A DNA stretch of 63,763 bases, the filler included, from Sphacelaria rigidula (lineage: Eukaryota), in assembly GCA_964200075.2 (NCBI GenBank). It is 6 parts of 6 records of this genome, joined end to end, with 100 filler letters (N's around TTAATTAATTAA, not from the genome) between each part and the next. Parts side by side here need not be neighbours in the genome. Positions count along the whole stretch, not along the records: positions 31,936 to 42,478 come from CAXNAA020006305.1; positions 42,579 to 53,121 come from CAXNAA020006306.1; 4 more parts are not named here. One strand, written 5' to 3'. The position numbers were made by a program, and so were the translations under genes. Below the pieces are notes generated by a model, which was given only the letters and a program-made list of their open reading frames with translations, did not search any database and had not been told where the DNA came from. This document shows positions 36,340 through 48,288 of the stretch, piece by piece (positions within the stretch are counted from its first letter, which is position 1; each line of letters begins with the position of its first letter).

Positions 36340-37340
36340 GGTTAATACCATCTTCTACTCGTATGGCCGTCACCAATGTCGATTTTTACGCAGATTGGGG
36401 GGAAAATAAGTCGCGGAACGCATTTTGTGGACCCCGATCTGGGCCAAGTCGGGGGAGAAAAAATCGGGGTGTCACGATTTCAAAACGATTTCTCTCCATT
36501 TTTCGCAAAAAAACGGGGGAAACGTGAGTTCCTCCCGATGTTGAGGAGGTGACGTCCGTGCATTGACTTACAGTGGTAGAGTACGAGGCGTTCGGAATTT
36601 TTGCAACCACAGCAGAAGACAGCCTCGTGACAGCGCAGGGCGTGCCTGCCCGGGCCAGCTTGTCAAGTAGCTTCGCACGGGGGGTGACAAGCGAATAATA
36701 AGTGTTGACGCCGTACCCTGCGGCGATGGTCATATTTTATGCTGCACTGCGCTGCCATATGTATCACCATCACGAACGGTGCTGTACCCTCCTAGACTGT
36801 TGTCGCTGTACTTGCAGGGTGATGTATGACACTGGACTACTGAACTCTTCTCGCGTACTAATTGTTCACTGTTCTCGTAAGACCGACTGTGCCATCATGT
36901 ACTACCACACGCCAGTATCACGTACTGTACTTATGGAGTGTCCTGCACTGTAATACCCTAGGGTACCACGGTACGACGCTGCACTCGAAGGATTATTCAC
37001 CGCCTGCCTACCCTTCGGCTTCATGCACGAGTACGCGGTACCAGACTCATGCAGAAAATGACGGTCTGTGTATATGATTGTTTCACAAATTTGTTATACC
37101 ATAGAGCGGTCCCCCCGAGTTGTAGATCGCGAATTTGAGTTTCTCCGATTTTGAAGAAATCAAAATCGGGACCCCCCCCAAAAAAGAGATTCTTTGCCAT
37201 AAAAGATAGTCCAAGAGCCCAAAAATAAAAGATGACGGATTATAAAATATGAACAACATTGATAGAGTCGAATTTGGGCAGAGGGTGCATGATGACGCAG
37301 GGGACGAGAAAATAGCCGTCCCCATGGGTGGTTGCCACCG
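36340..37340 (+). mobile_element. About 1-kb non-coding interspersed repeat (putative non-autonomous DNA transposon), homologous to 60945-61265 (+) and 62600-63295 (-)
   Basis: Shared blocks ATATTTTATGCTGCACTG, TACCCTAGGGTACCACGGTACGACGCTGC, TTATTCACCGCCTGCCT, ATTGTTTCACAAAT and TTTTGAAGAAAT. Confidence 0.75.
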
Positions 37341-38084
37341 TGATTATAGGGGTGATATTCGCCATTCTAGCCTAAAGCATATGGCAATACTATTGGATTA
37401 TGTCGAATGATTTTTGATACGCTTGACATGTAGAAAACTGAAGAAAAAGCACCTTACGCCGGGGTTGAGTGCATGCGTTCCCTTCCCCCCCGAACATGAT
37501 CACACGGGTGGTATGTCTACCGGTTGGACCTGTTACACACGAACGTTGGAGTGTTTACTCACGACCTCCGTTTCTCCTCACCCGCAGATGAAACCGTTTT
37601 TTTATCCTCTCTCCAAGCATGATTGAGGGTGATACCTACCGCTTTGACTTGGTACGTACGAGCTGGATCAGCCGTTAAACGTACAAACGCACATCACACA
37701 ACAATTTCTCAGGTTTCCCAAATCAGCCCGGTTTAAACGTGTCGCTGTGAATTGCAGACTAGGACAGGGGCTGGGTTGAGGCGATCGATTGATTGCTTAT
37801 CTTACATTAGCTGATCGCAACAATCCAGCACGCGGTCAGGAGCAGCAAAAAAACAGAATAATCAAATAAAAAGGAAAGGAATAGAAAAAGACAGAAGCAA
37901 CGGCCTCAGAAAGGAAGAAATATGGGTTGACCTTAGTTCAGCCTTTCGCTTCGCTAATTTTTTTTTTCGAGTTTTTTTTTTTTTGCTTCACTACTTTTCA
38001 CAGGGTGTTACATCATCTCATCGACGGGCAACAGTGATTTCTACGCCTTTTCTTCATAGTGTCGATGCTGTTATAGTCATCCAT

Positions 38085-38622
38085 AGATGGGTAAATTGTG
38101 GTTCTGCAGGATCAACGTCTTATGCGTCGCTTCGACCTCTTATTTTCGATCGAGTTTCGTCCATGTTTGAAGGTTGAGATGAGTTCATTTTGCGCAGATA
38201 TCTCGACGGAGGATGGGTGGAGATTGACGGTTACTTGGTTCTGTAGGATCAGTGTCTTCTGCCTTGTTTCGGATCTTGATTTTCGTTCGGGTTTTGTCGT
38301 TGTTTCAACGTGAAATGAGTTCATTTTGCGTAGATTTCTCGGGCGGAGAATGGGTAGAGCTTCACGGTAATCTTTTTCGCTGTGCAGGATCAGTGTCTGC
38401 TGCTTCGTTTCGATTATGTTTCGGTCGGGTTTTGTCGTTGTCGACGATGTTTGGTAGTCCAAGGAGACAAGAAGGAGAACGAGTCATCTCTGAATCATAT
38501 CTTCGCCCCTAAGCATTCCTGTGTGTGGGCGATGGCTGATGCTGGTAGCGGCATTGCTCATCACCACTTGCCTGTGGAAGCGCTCAATTGAGCGGTGGCG
38601 CGAAGCGCCAAAAGCCTTCTAG
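38085..38622 (+). mobile_element. Helitron-like 3' region: three subrepeats of about 140 bp ending in hairpin GGCGC-GAA-GCGCC and CTAG
   Basis: Subrepeats anchored on CTG.AGGATCA (about 38104, 38241, 38380). Hairpin at 38597-38609 and CTAG at 38619-38622. Confidence 0.55.
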
Positions 38623-39299
38623 AGATGATATCACTTACAACTGTTCTGAGATTCGTTCCCTGCAGACAGATGCCAAAATGCTGCATTTCTTCACTTGATT
38701 ATAGAGTACACATCTTTCGAGGCCATTTCGTTCTATGAAGCTCTGAAAAGCCAGCATTTCTCTCCTTGATTTTAGACTACACGTTTCGCTGATTATACAG
38801 ATCAGCCTCTTTGCTCGCATTTCGCTGGACATTATGGTGCGTTCCGGTCCTGCTTGGGTTTGGAGTGCAGACGCTTTCCGCGCTGTGTTCTCCATGGAGT
38901 TTTGTTCTTGTGATGCGTTCCGCTCGACGCATTTCCTCGCTGGACGTCTCGGTGGACCCTTTGACCGTCGGAGATGCCACCTCTCGACGACACAGATGCC
39001 ACACTCATTCGTGCAGCTGTCATCTTTTATACTTGGTAATTGAATCGGCATCATGCTCAGTTGAATCGGAACTGGACGAAGCGACAAAGTCCCATCGCTC
39101 TCCGTTTCACTCCGGGGGCTCACCTCGTGCGTATTATTATCTTGCTCGCATGTCGCATCGACTCGACTGTAGTTCCCTTTTGCTGTCTCTGGACTGCTGC
39201 TCCACCGTACACGCGATTTTTTTCGTCATGAGGCGCGAAAAACAGCGGCTTCTATTTTTTCAGGTTCGAGTCGTCTGAACAGCTTTGTGCGAGGTCGTA

Positions 39300-40320
39300 A
39301 CTGTTTGACCGCGAGCATGGGTCATCTGTGGAATCAACATCAGTTTTGTTTGAGAAATACACTGCATGGCCAGGTGACCTACCCTCGCGGTCCAGGGGAT
39401 AAACAACGTGCTCAGCTGATGAGCATCTACGGCGTTTTGTTCGAAGTATGGCCTATTCCGCTACGCAACGCACGCAATTAGCACCGGTTCGCGCGCGTTT
39501 TGTCACAAATGATGGTTTCTAATTGAATTCTGACCAGATTTATGCAAGGTCGCGCACAGCTGGAGTGATGAGCAGCTATTTTTTACGATGAGACGCGGCG
39601 CGTGCATCATTCTTTCAATTCTCAGTCAGCATCACTCCAAACATTGAATCGACATCATTTTCCGGATCGTTCCTCATTGAATTCTGACAGCCCTGTGCGA
39701 TGTAGTAGTTCTTTGACCGCGAGCATGGGTTATCTGTGGAATCAGCATCAGTTTTACTAGAAAAATACACTGCATGATGAGATGACCTACCCTCGCGGTC
39801 TAAGGGATAAACAGCGTGCTCAGCTGATGAGCAGCTGCGGCGTTTCCTTCGAAGCATGATCTGTGCCACTACCCAACGCACGCAATTAGCATCGGTTCGT
39901 GAGCGTCTTACACAGATAATCGTTTCTCAAGATTTAATTGAGAAAGGTCACGCACAGCTCAGGTAATGACTATCTACGGCTCGAGCTGTGTGTTGTTGTT
40001 TTTGCGGGGGCAATGCGTTCCAGAGGTTCACCTTCGACAGGGTTGGGTTGGTTATCAAGTGTCAAGCCTTTGCTGTGTCCCTGTGAACGCGATACTTATC
40101 TTGCTCTGCACATGATAAACGAGGCAAGAATATTCATTTTTGGAATCGACATCATCTTCAAAGTTAAATCATCACGCACAACATGCTCAGCTGATGAGCA
40201 GCTACGGCCTCTTTAAACCATGACCCTTGCCATGACGCAACACACAAAGCTGTCGCCGGTGGTCATGTATCTTGGATGTCGATCCACTGATCGTGGCGGC
40301 GAAGCCGCCGAAACTCTTGT
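39300..40320 (+). mobile_element. Non-autonomous Helitron-like element with an internal direct duplication of about 280 bp and a 3' hairpin module
   Basis: 39303-39580 matches 39712-39975 (TTTGACCGCGAGCATGGGT.ATCTGTGGAATCA...). The 3' module at 40240-40320 matches those at 12470 and 13240 and ends GGCGGC-GAA-GCCGCC GAAACTCTTG|T. Confidence 0.55.
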
Positions 40321-42478
40321 ATATATGTATGTTATCAGGTTCCGTTTTGTTGCTCCTCATGAGAGCTGGTTATTCGATTCATTCGTTCCGCTTTTGAAAT
40401 TATCTCTGCCAGCATAATACACCAGTATCTGAACTCCACAGTATTATTCCTTTTCAATGATATGGAGGCGGTATTTTCGGAGATGAGGGGCCGAAAGGCC
40501 GCACACCTGGCGCCTGACGATGCTGTAACTTGGCGTATGTGTGGCTTGAAGCCGCAGGTTGATGTTGAGGCAGTAGTTGCGGCGATCCAAGGCGTTGTAA
40601 GCGCAGCGTGGCTTGAAACGATGATTTCGCACGATGCTGAAGTGATTCCGAAAATCAGGACACTTTCTAATGACGGTTATAGAGGATATCGATATGAAAT
40701 CCATGCGGATCCAGGAGTAGACGTTGTTAGGCTGTTGTTGTTGCGTTGGCCTCCTGTCACTCGAGATTGGCACCAAGACGGGAAATGATCAATATTCAAG
40801 ATTCTTCATATGTGACAGGCATGCGCCGTTGAGGTTGAGGTGCCGTGCCGCAATAAGCGGCCGCGCAGAGTAGCCAAAGAGGACAGTGTGCACAGACAAG
40901 GAGCGCTACAAACCTGCTCGGGCAGAGGGCAACGTGTCTTCCCTTACCATGCCAGACTTTGCCGGCGCCTTTTCACAGCGGCGTGGCAATGATAGGGGAG
41001 GTTGCTGCACTGTTCTTCTACGAAAATCAACTGGTTATTCTACATTCGGGTGCTTCCACGTTGAGAAATTGTCTTTTCCCTCACAGGCACGGCATGGATA
41101 TTTTGCGGACCTCAACTCATTTTCATTTGCTGTTAGTATACAATTTCCGCTGCCTCGACAGGCAACTGCCGCGACAAGTGTACTGCACACAGTATCGCAT
41201 ATGTTTAGTATCGCGACCACATTTTGCATACTGTATGTAGTATACTTCTTCATTGCTGCTCGTGGGATGCCGTACTGCACATAACGTGCGCACGTAGTAC
41301 ATCCATTGCGAAATAAGGGCCAGTGTCTGTACCACAGCACGGACCGTTCTACAGGTTGTGGTGTACGGTTCACGTTGGCATGTGATCAGTCACATGAGCA
41401 CTACCTCACATGGTATGAGGTTGTGGTATCGTCAACGAATCTGTATCCAGGAACATTTCACTACAGACAGTACTGTACCGTAGTCACTCAAGTAAAGGAA
41501 ATGGTCACGGAGCAGTCGTGCGGCACAATGAGGAAACATGTGGACTTCGGGCCGTCGTCACCGCCCAGTAACTACGCACGGTAAATCAGTACTGTATTGT
41601 GGGCGTATATGACTATAGCATGGGGTAATGTGCTGTGGTATGGCACAGCGCGCCGCACCGCAGCGAATACGCTGCCCCCTCTGTATATGCGCCTACTCCT
41701 TGCCACACGACGGTCTATGTTGTACCAGACCGTATATACCGTGCAGAGGCGGACCAAAGGCGATCGAATCACGGACTAGTCGTGTTCGTATTTGCGCACT
41801 TCTACGTCGAACAACAAATGGTTCCCGCCCACGCAGCGACATATCTGCTTGCCCACCCCGTCGAGGTATGCGCTAAAGCTGCTCTGTGCCGCCAGTTATC
41901 CGTGCTGATGTGTAGACCCATCTTCCAAGTATGTCTGCGCCTCTTCAGGCCACCATGTTTTCAAGTCTTGGAGCATGACTGTCTCAACTTTTTGCCGTGG
42001 ATAAACTCTATTTCTGGATATCGCCTCGATATCATTGAAAATGAATTACACTGTCCATGCTCAACAACGGAGTCACTCGGGGGAGGAACTAACCCTTTCA
42101 GGCGCGAGCTCTCTGTCCAGCTGTACTCAGGTAATCTCTGTTGCGATGTGTTCACGCCCATTTTTCTGGCGCAAATACTACGGGGGGCGACTACTGCACA
42201 CGTGGGAGCCCACATGGCTAAAACCTCCAGCAATTGTTCCGTGTTTTCTTATGGTTGTCGTTATTGTGGTAATCCAGCGTCGCCCCCCTGTCAACACACC
42301 CGCACCTGCTTGACGTACCAGAAATCCATTTTGAAGTTCCGTTCTGAATGAAGGAATGAATTGCTCACATCCATTTCTGAGTTGCCATATAATTCTCTCA
42401 ACGCTCGCAACCCCCCCCCCCCCCCCCCACCACCCCACAAGACCAAAAACACAAGACCAACGCAGCGCCCTAACCACC

Positions 42479-42578
42479 NNNNNNNNNNNNNNNNNNNNNN
42501 NNNNNNNNNNNNNNNNNNNNNNTTAATTAATTAANNNNNNNNNNNNNNNNNNNNNNNNNNNNNNNNNNNNNNNNNNNN
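42479..42578. other. Artificial contig linker
   Basis: 44 N + TTAATTAATTAA + 44 N. Confidence 0.98.
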
Positions 42579-42631
42579 ATCGCTTTTCACTCTCAATCGT
42601 ATCATCTACTCTCAATCTCACGAAAACACTG
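42579..42631. mobile_element. Right terminus of the CAGTGTTTTCGTGAG MITE family at a contig start
   Basis: CACTCTCAATCGTATCATCTACTCTCAATCTCACGAAAACACTG matches 11635-11678. Confidence 0.75.
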
Positions 42632-44612
42632 TTATATCGAATCACCTCCAACCAGTTGTAGCATTTTGTGGGCGAATAAAAAAAACAACAGCACAATGAA
42701 AAACACAGTCAAAAGTACGGTAGTACTCGGGATGCCAAACATTCCACATGGCGGGTACAGCACAGCGCCGTCAGACTCGAAAGCAAAACAACTCTGGAAA
42801 AGAACCAAGCCGAAAATGTTCCGGGCATCAAGCACAGAAATTGACAGGGAAATCATGAAGCTTGTATGTAGCCCTGCCGCCGTCGCTGAAAACAGGCGGG
42901 GTGAACAGCCGCAACGTGCTGAGCAATGTGAAATAGCAAGCATGCGTCAAAGATAGGACCTGGGGCGACGAAGAACAACAGCGGCGGTAGCGTCCTCGCA
43001 TCAAGAACACAATAGCAACCAAAACATGTCAACCCCAACATGCCACGACAAACACAAACGCACCCGACCACAACCGGATGACATCAGCTACGAATAACGA
43101 CACGACAACGTCATATGTTTTGGCAGTGAAGATATCTACGTCCATATCGCCGTCGCAAGGGTCGATGTCGCGATTACGATACATCGCAAACGCAATAAGA
43201 AAACATCTCACATCCCTCGAATTTCTTCCCACGATTCCTTAAAACCCGGCAAAGCCGGACCTCGTGCGTTGGCGAGCTTCACCTGAAGCATCAGCATTTC
43301 CCGTTCGTGGTTCCTAGTCTCTACTGCGCGCGCGTTCAGTCCTCTCCTTCGTCCGCTCCTCTCTTTCGTCTTTTAATCGTTGTTGCGCTATTGCGAACCT
43401 ACCGTCGTCCTTTTTTAGCTCCATCTCCCACCTCTGCGCGACCGCGCGCCTATCCTCCCGAGCTTCGGTGGCGATACTCGTGAGAGCACTGAGGGTTTAT
43501 CGGGGCGAATCCGGTGGAGTTGAACTAGGGGCAGAGGGAGGTGTACTGTATAGATGAGAACCATGTTCGCGGCGGAGGGTGGTGGGAATACCGCGATGAT
43601 ACATCTTCACGTGGGATACGGACATGTTTCCGATGCCGCCGTTAATACTCTTTAACCACCTGGCTCCCCTCGTGTGAACGGCCGTCTGTAAGACAGCAGT
43701 CGGCGGAAGTGCCCAACAGGAAAGATAGCACACCATGCGGCAACTACGGTGAAGACGTGCAGCAAGATTCAAAACAATCCCGGGGCATTTGTTTTCACGG
43801 GGGAATTTCAAGTACGGTATTCTGAATTTAAGCGGTCTTTCAGAAATCACACCCATATTCCGCACTGAATAGGGGATCCTGGTAATTTGAGAATAGTGTT
43901 TTCTCATGGGCTCGAAATCATGTTTATGGGGATCCAAAGAAGGCGAAAATGTACCATCGCCACCCGCCCCGCCGGCCTAAATTTGTTTTTGTTCCACGTT
44001 ATTTTTTTCCCGGTCTCGATGTGCACCCCCACCCCCCCTCAATCTTCACCTCTTCCGGAAGCGGGGATGTGCGAACTCGTATCCCCTATAGTGAAATCTG
44101 CGGGAGTTTGTGGTGATGTTTCTGTGCTGCCTACCCTATGCGTTTGTGTGTGTATTCTAGGAGAGGGGGCGTGCTCCGGGAGGTAGGGCGGCAGTCGACA
44201 ATCTGGTCACGGTAATATTTGCGGAAACTGGTACCCCGCTACGAACGTAAGGTTATCAGAGTAGTTTATTGTTATGTGTGCGAACATGCTTTCCACCTTG
44301 ATCTTCTTTTTGTCAACCTTCCTACGCACCCATGCCTGAGCCCTTAGGGCTACGAAAACAGAAAAGGGGACCAACATGCATTGGGACAGGGGAGTTCCGA
44401 TAGCGCGCCTACTGCATGGGGGAATTGCTATGGTCACCGCAATACAGCACAGTGCTGCTACTGAGAGTAGTTAAGAGTACAGTCCAGTGCAATGCAGTAG
44501 AGTACAGTGCAATGCAAGCGCGACAGTAGAGTGCCGCAGTACAGATGGATCACAGTGGGGTATGTACCGTAACAGACGGTAGTACAGAGGGGCACATGAC
44601 TGTACAAATATA

Positions 44613-46492
44613 CTTCCTCTGTCCCATAAGTAAAGGTACCTAAATTAGTACAGGCCCTCAACGATGTCCGATCGTTTTTTTTTTAAATTAACGCTACGGT
44701 GTTTTTTGGGTGAAGAAAATGTGTTTAAAACTTGCAGCTCGTGCTTGAACCATGCCGCCGAACTGCTGCAAGAAAGGTAGTCGGCCCCCAAATGGCCGTT
44801 TTTTTGCCCCTTTCCGAGGGGAAAAAAAGTGTCGAATTTCTTTTTTTAATTTTTTTTCAATCGCCCCCGCCTTCACTGGGGCTTGCTACCAGGAAGTCCC
44901 ACGCCTTGGCAAAGGCCTCCTGATCATATTTTACCACCCTTTCCAATGTCCCCGCCCTCTGGCGCGCCCAAACCCCGGGGTGCTCCACACCAAAGTCTTT
45001 ATCGCCCATCTTACGGAGGGTTCGGTTGTAAACCTTGAAAAAGCTTTGCCACACCCTTTCTAACGTGTCACCGTCGTACTCCTCGTACTGCTGGAAGATA
45101 TTCTCTACCAACTCGCCTACTGTACTCGCATTCATCCCCCACACCCTTGACTTGAGAGATGCAAAGAAACCCAAATCATTAATATTAAAATCAGGCGACT
45201 GGGAAGGCCGGGTCACAAGCTCTACCAACCACCCCCGCCCCACCCCTGCCGAATTAAGAATCTCCGGATTGTTTTTCCCAGTGTGAGGGCTCGCGCCGTC
45301 TTGCTGCACTACCACGCGCTTCGAACGCTGCCACGGCATCTTCTTGATCGCAGGCAGAGCTTGGTCGATGTACCACTCCTTGTACCACTCCGCGTCGATG
45401 GTGCAGTCAAACTCGTACTCTCCCCCCCTCTTCCTCCTCTTGGAGGATCGCTCGGCGGTTTTCACGACACAAATGCACCAGATGCTGGTCTTGCCGTCGA
45501 AGTCGTGGGTCGGGTCCGGCCTGGCGTTTGCCACTATGACCACGATCTTTGGGAGGTGACTTTTGTGTTGAACGCGGGGAGACCCGGGGATTTCCTCGCC
45601 CGGGAAGATTCTGATCTTCTCCTTGTTCCTCAGAAGGAAGAACCAGCTTTCGTCCAAGTGGACGACGTTTCCCTGGTACAGGTATTTCCCGGTTGTCTCG
45701 TCCACCTGATCGCAGATGGAGTCCATTCGGTGCTTCTTCTGGGCTGGGGAAAGGGAAGGTTTGATGCGGCGAGCCACCTTTGCCGCCCCTTTCTTTCAAA
45801 AACCACCGCCTCACGGTTTCTGTACCGTAATCCAGCCCGATGTCCTTCAACTGATCGGACACCTGTCTGAGCGTAAATGACTGATTCTGCGTGTTGACCT
45901 TCCTCAGCGCGGCAACCTTTGTTGGAGTGGGAAGCGAGGGCCGCCCAGCCCTTTTGATGTTCGAGAGGTGGAGCTCCTAGGTTTCGTCGATCTGGTATTC
46001 TACCTTTTTCCACAGTTTGGGTGGGTACTTCCTTGCAACACCGTAGCGTTCGCAGATCGGGTCGAGCACGCCCTTGGGAATCCTTGTCAATTCTGGCTGA
46101 ACGCTCACAGCAATCTCTGTCACCATTGCGTAGCGGCGACCCAAAGATAGTTCGGGGCCCTTTCGGCGAATTGGGGGTGTGCAGGGGGGCGAGTCCACCT
46201 CGAAGGTAGGTAGTGGACCGGTAGGATACTAAACTGGGACATTTTGAGACAAAAATCTCGATTTCTAAAAAAAATCTCGAAAAAGTCTCGTAATACTTCC
46301 AGAATATGGCCAAAATTGGGTAAATTGTGACCCATTTTTAGTATAAAAAAATAGCTTCGTTTTTTTTTTTCCCCGACTAGCTTCGTCTGTGCTTTGCCTT
46401 TCTAACGAACCCAACCACAACATCGTCGCCACCACTGGCATACCTACACAATGTATCGCCGTTTGGTACCTTTACTCATGGGACAGAGGAAG
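44613..46492 (-). mobile_element. Full-length (1880 bp) Tc1/mariner DNA transposon of the plant-type DD39D/Stowaway-partner group
   Basis: 28-bp TIRs CTTCCTCTGTCCCAT(A/G)AGTAAAGGTACC at 44613-44640 and 46465-46492 with one mismatch, TA on both flanks (44611-44612 and 46493-46494), and an internal transposase. Confidence 0.95.
44857..46198 (-). pseudogene. Mariner transposase, disrupted by an in-frame TAG at 45977-45979 and a frameshift near 45780-45800
   Basis: The N-terminal part (MDSPP...GRPS...TLRQVSDQL...TVRRW) is in one frame. The catalytic part is in another, with VHLDESWF, VQHKSHLPK, FDGK, VVQQDGASPH and PSQSPDFNINDLGFFASLKS. Confidence 0.9.
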
Positions 46493-46851
46493 TACAGACA
46501 GTGCACGAGTGCATTGCAGTGTTATCTACGGTCAGTGAGTCCAACTGAACAACAGCGCAAGCCGCATGGCAACGACGTCGCATCACGGTGTTACCCACGG
46601 TAGGCTTGGCTACATCCATCGGCAGAACAGCGCGGCAGACGACGGGTGTTAGGCCATCATGTGCGCGCGCAGGTGGAGACTTCGATTCTCACTTCAGGGC
46701 AGTTGCAGCCACGACAACTCGTGGCTCCTGAACCCACGAGTCGATAGTTCCCGCATCACAATCAAGAGAACTTCATCACGGTGACGACTGGGAGATTATC
46801 TGTCTACCATTTAGAGGAGCAAGTTGCAGGTTATGGATCTAACACCGTTCA

Positions 46852-47259
46852 TCAGTACACTCTCACCAGCGTCTGCCAGGACCGTCTTGCGAAGGATAGG
46901 CCATGTTTCCCCCGCTCCAGGCGCCGGGGACCGTCTCTTCTTTTTTGGAGTGTCTTCATTCTTGCATTCTTGGGACCAACATCCATGCGCCCCACCTCAT
47001 CACGGGGGCTATCGCCGGGGAACGTGCCACGCTCCTCGCCATCGAGCTCCCCAATCTCAGCTAGCTTCTCTGCGCCGGCCTGGACGAACGACATTGTCCC
47101 GTGCCCTCTCTTGCATGGTGATGGCTGCTGGATACTGGTGTTTCCCGCGGGGTCGGCCTGTCCGTCGACTTGCTGTGTGGAACGTGCACGCGGTTTACGC
47201 GCAAGGCCAGCTGCCGCTGGAGAAGTGCGCCCGCGTCGTCCCCGAAACGCAACCGCCGT
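46852..47259 (-). CDS. Candidate terminal exon, low-complexity, possibly belonging to the poly-Asn gene
   Basis: TACAG acceptor immediately upstream and an open frame to a stop at 46852. Phase 0 is compatible with a donor at 50057. No homology recognised. Confidence 0.3.
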   Translation of the reverse strand, partial: TAVAFRGRRGRTSPAAAGLARKPRARSTQQVDGQADPAGNTSIQQPSPCKRGHGTMSFVQAGAEKLAEIGELDGEERGTFPGDSPRDEVGRMDVGPKNARMKTLQKRRDGPRRLERGKHGLSFARRSWQTLVRVY

Positions 47260-48288
47260 CTGTACTACTTGATTTGGCTGCACCATGCAGGTTGTGATGG
47301 GTATCCGTGCTGCTTTGCTGCTGTGGGTGAATCGGGTGCGAGCTGAAGGCGATGTTGCTGTGTGAGAGTGATGGTGCCTCGGTACAGTAGTTCGTTTTCG
47401 TTCCGCTATGATCTATGAAGAGGCACAACGGTTTTCGGAGTGAAGACGTCCAAATGGCACTCCCACTTTGAAAAAATCGCTGTAAAAATACTTCATAGCG
47501 GAAAGTGCACCGTTACCGGCTATTTTCCCTCAACTCTGACTCTAAGATAGCAAAGAACGTTTTCCGAAACTAAATATCCCTGAGTTTTTCTAGCCTGTCC
47601 CCCCCCCCTCCCCCGAAAGTCTCTACTATTGTATGCCATGTGTGCGGTGCTAAAACCATACGTGGTACTGATCCTCGCGGTGTCTATCGTACGACGCACA
47701 CGTATTGCATTAGTCGATCATGCGCAAGTGTTGTATCCGATTGGTCTGCGTCGGTTGCCGATTTCATTCGAAATGTGTGCACCATGCTGCTGCGCAAGTT
47801 GTGCTTGCATTATTTTTGCTCCTTTCCGTCTTTGAAAAGGTAAGGACGCGACTAGCAAAAGATAAAGGTCTGCGCAGCGCGGGAGTGCCGACCCCATCCG
47901 CGATACTACAATGTGGCATGCATGCACCCGCGGGAGAGATAAATTGACCCTTTGATACTGCGGACTTGTCCCGAGGAAGAGGAGGGGTTCAAAGTATGGC
48001 GAGAATACAAATATAAATGAATTCTACCGTTCCTAGGTGGAGCAGCAATTGTGGTACCGTGTCAATAGTGGCTTTGCCCATCACAATTGAATAGAGCTTG
48101 GCGCTGACCCCCTCCCCTGCGGCTGGATTTACGGCGGCTAGGATGCAGTAGTACTTTCCGTGCCATGCCGCTTCAGATTTCTGGTTCTCCTCACGTGGCC
48201 TCTACGTGTGAGACCCTGCATCGGGACCGACTCCAGTCTTTTCTGCGTTGTCGCTCGTCTTTTTGTTTCGCCATTCTCATGGGACCAG

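Noticed and set aside
45035..46313. Overlapping ORFs of 195, 151 and 227 aa as additional genes
   Set aside because: They are antisense or alternative frames of the mariner transposase; part of the 151-aa frame is the frameshifted N-terminal half.
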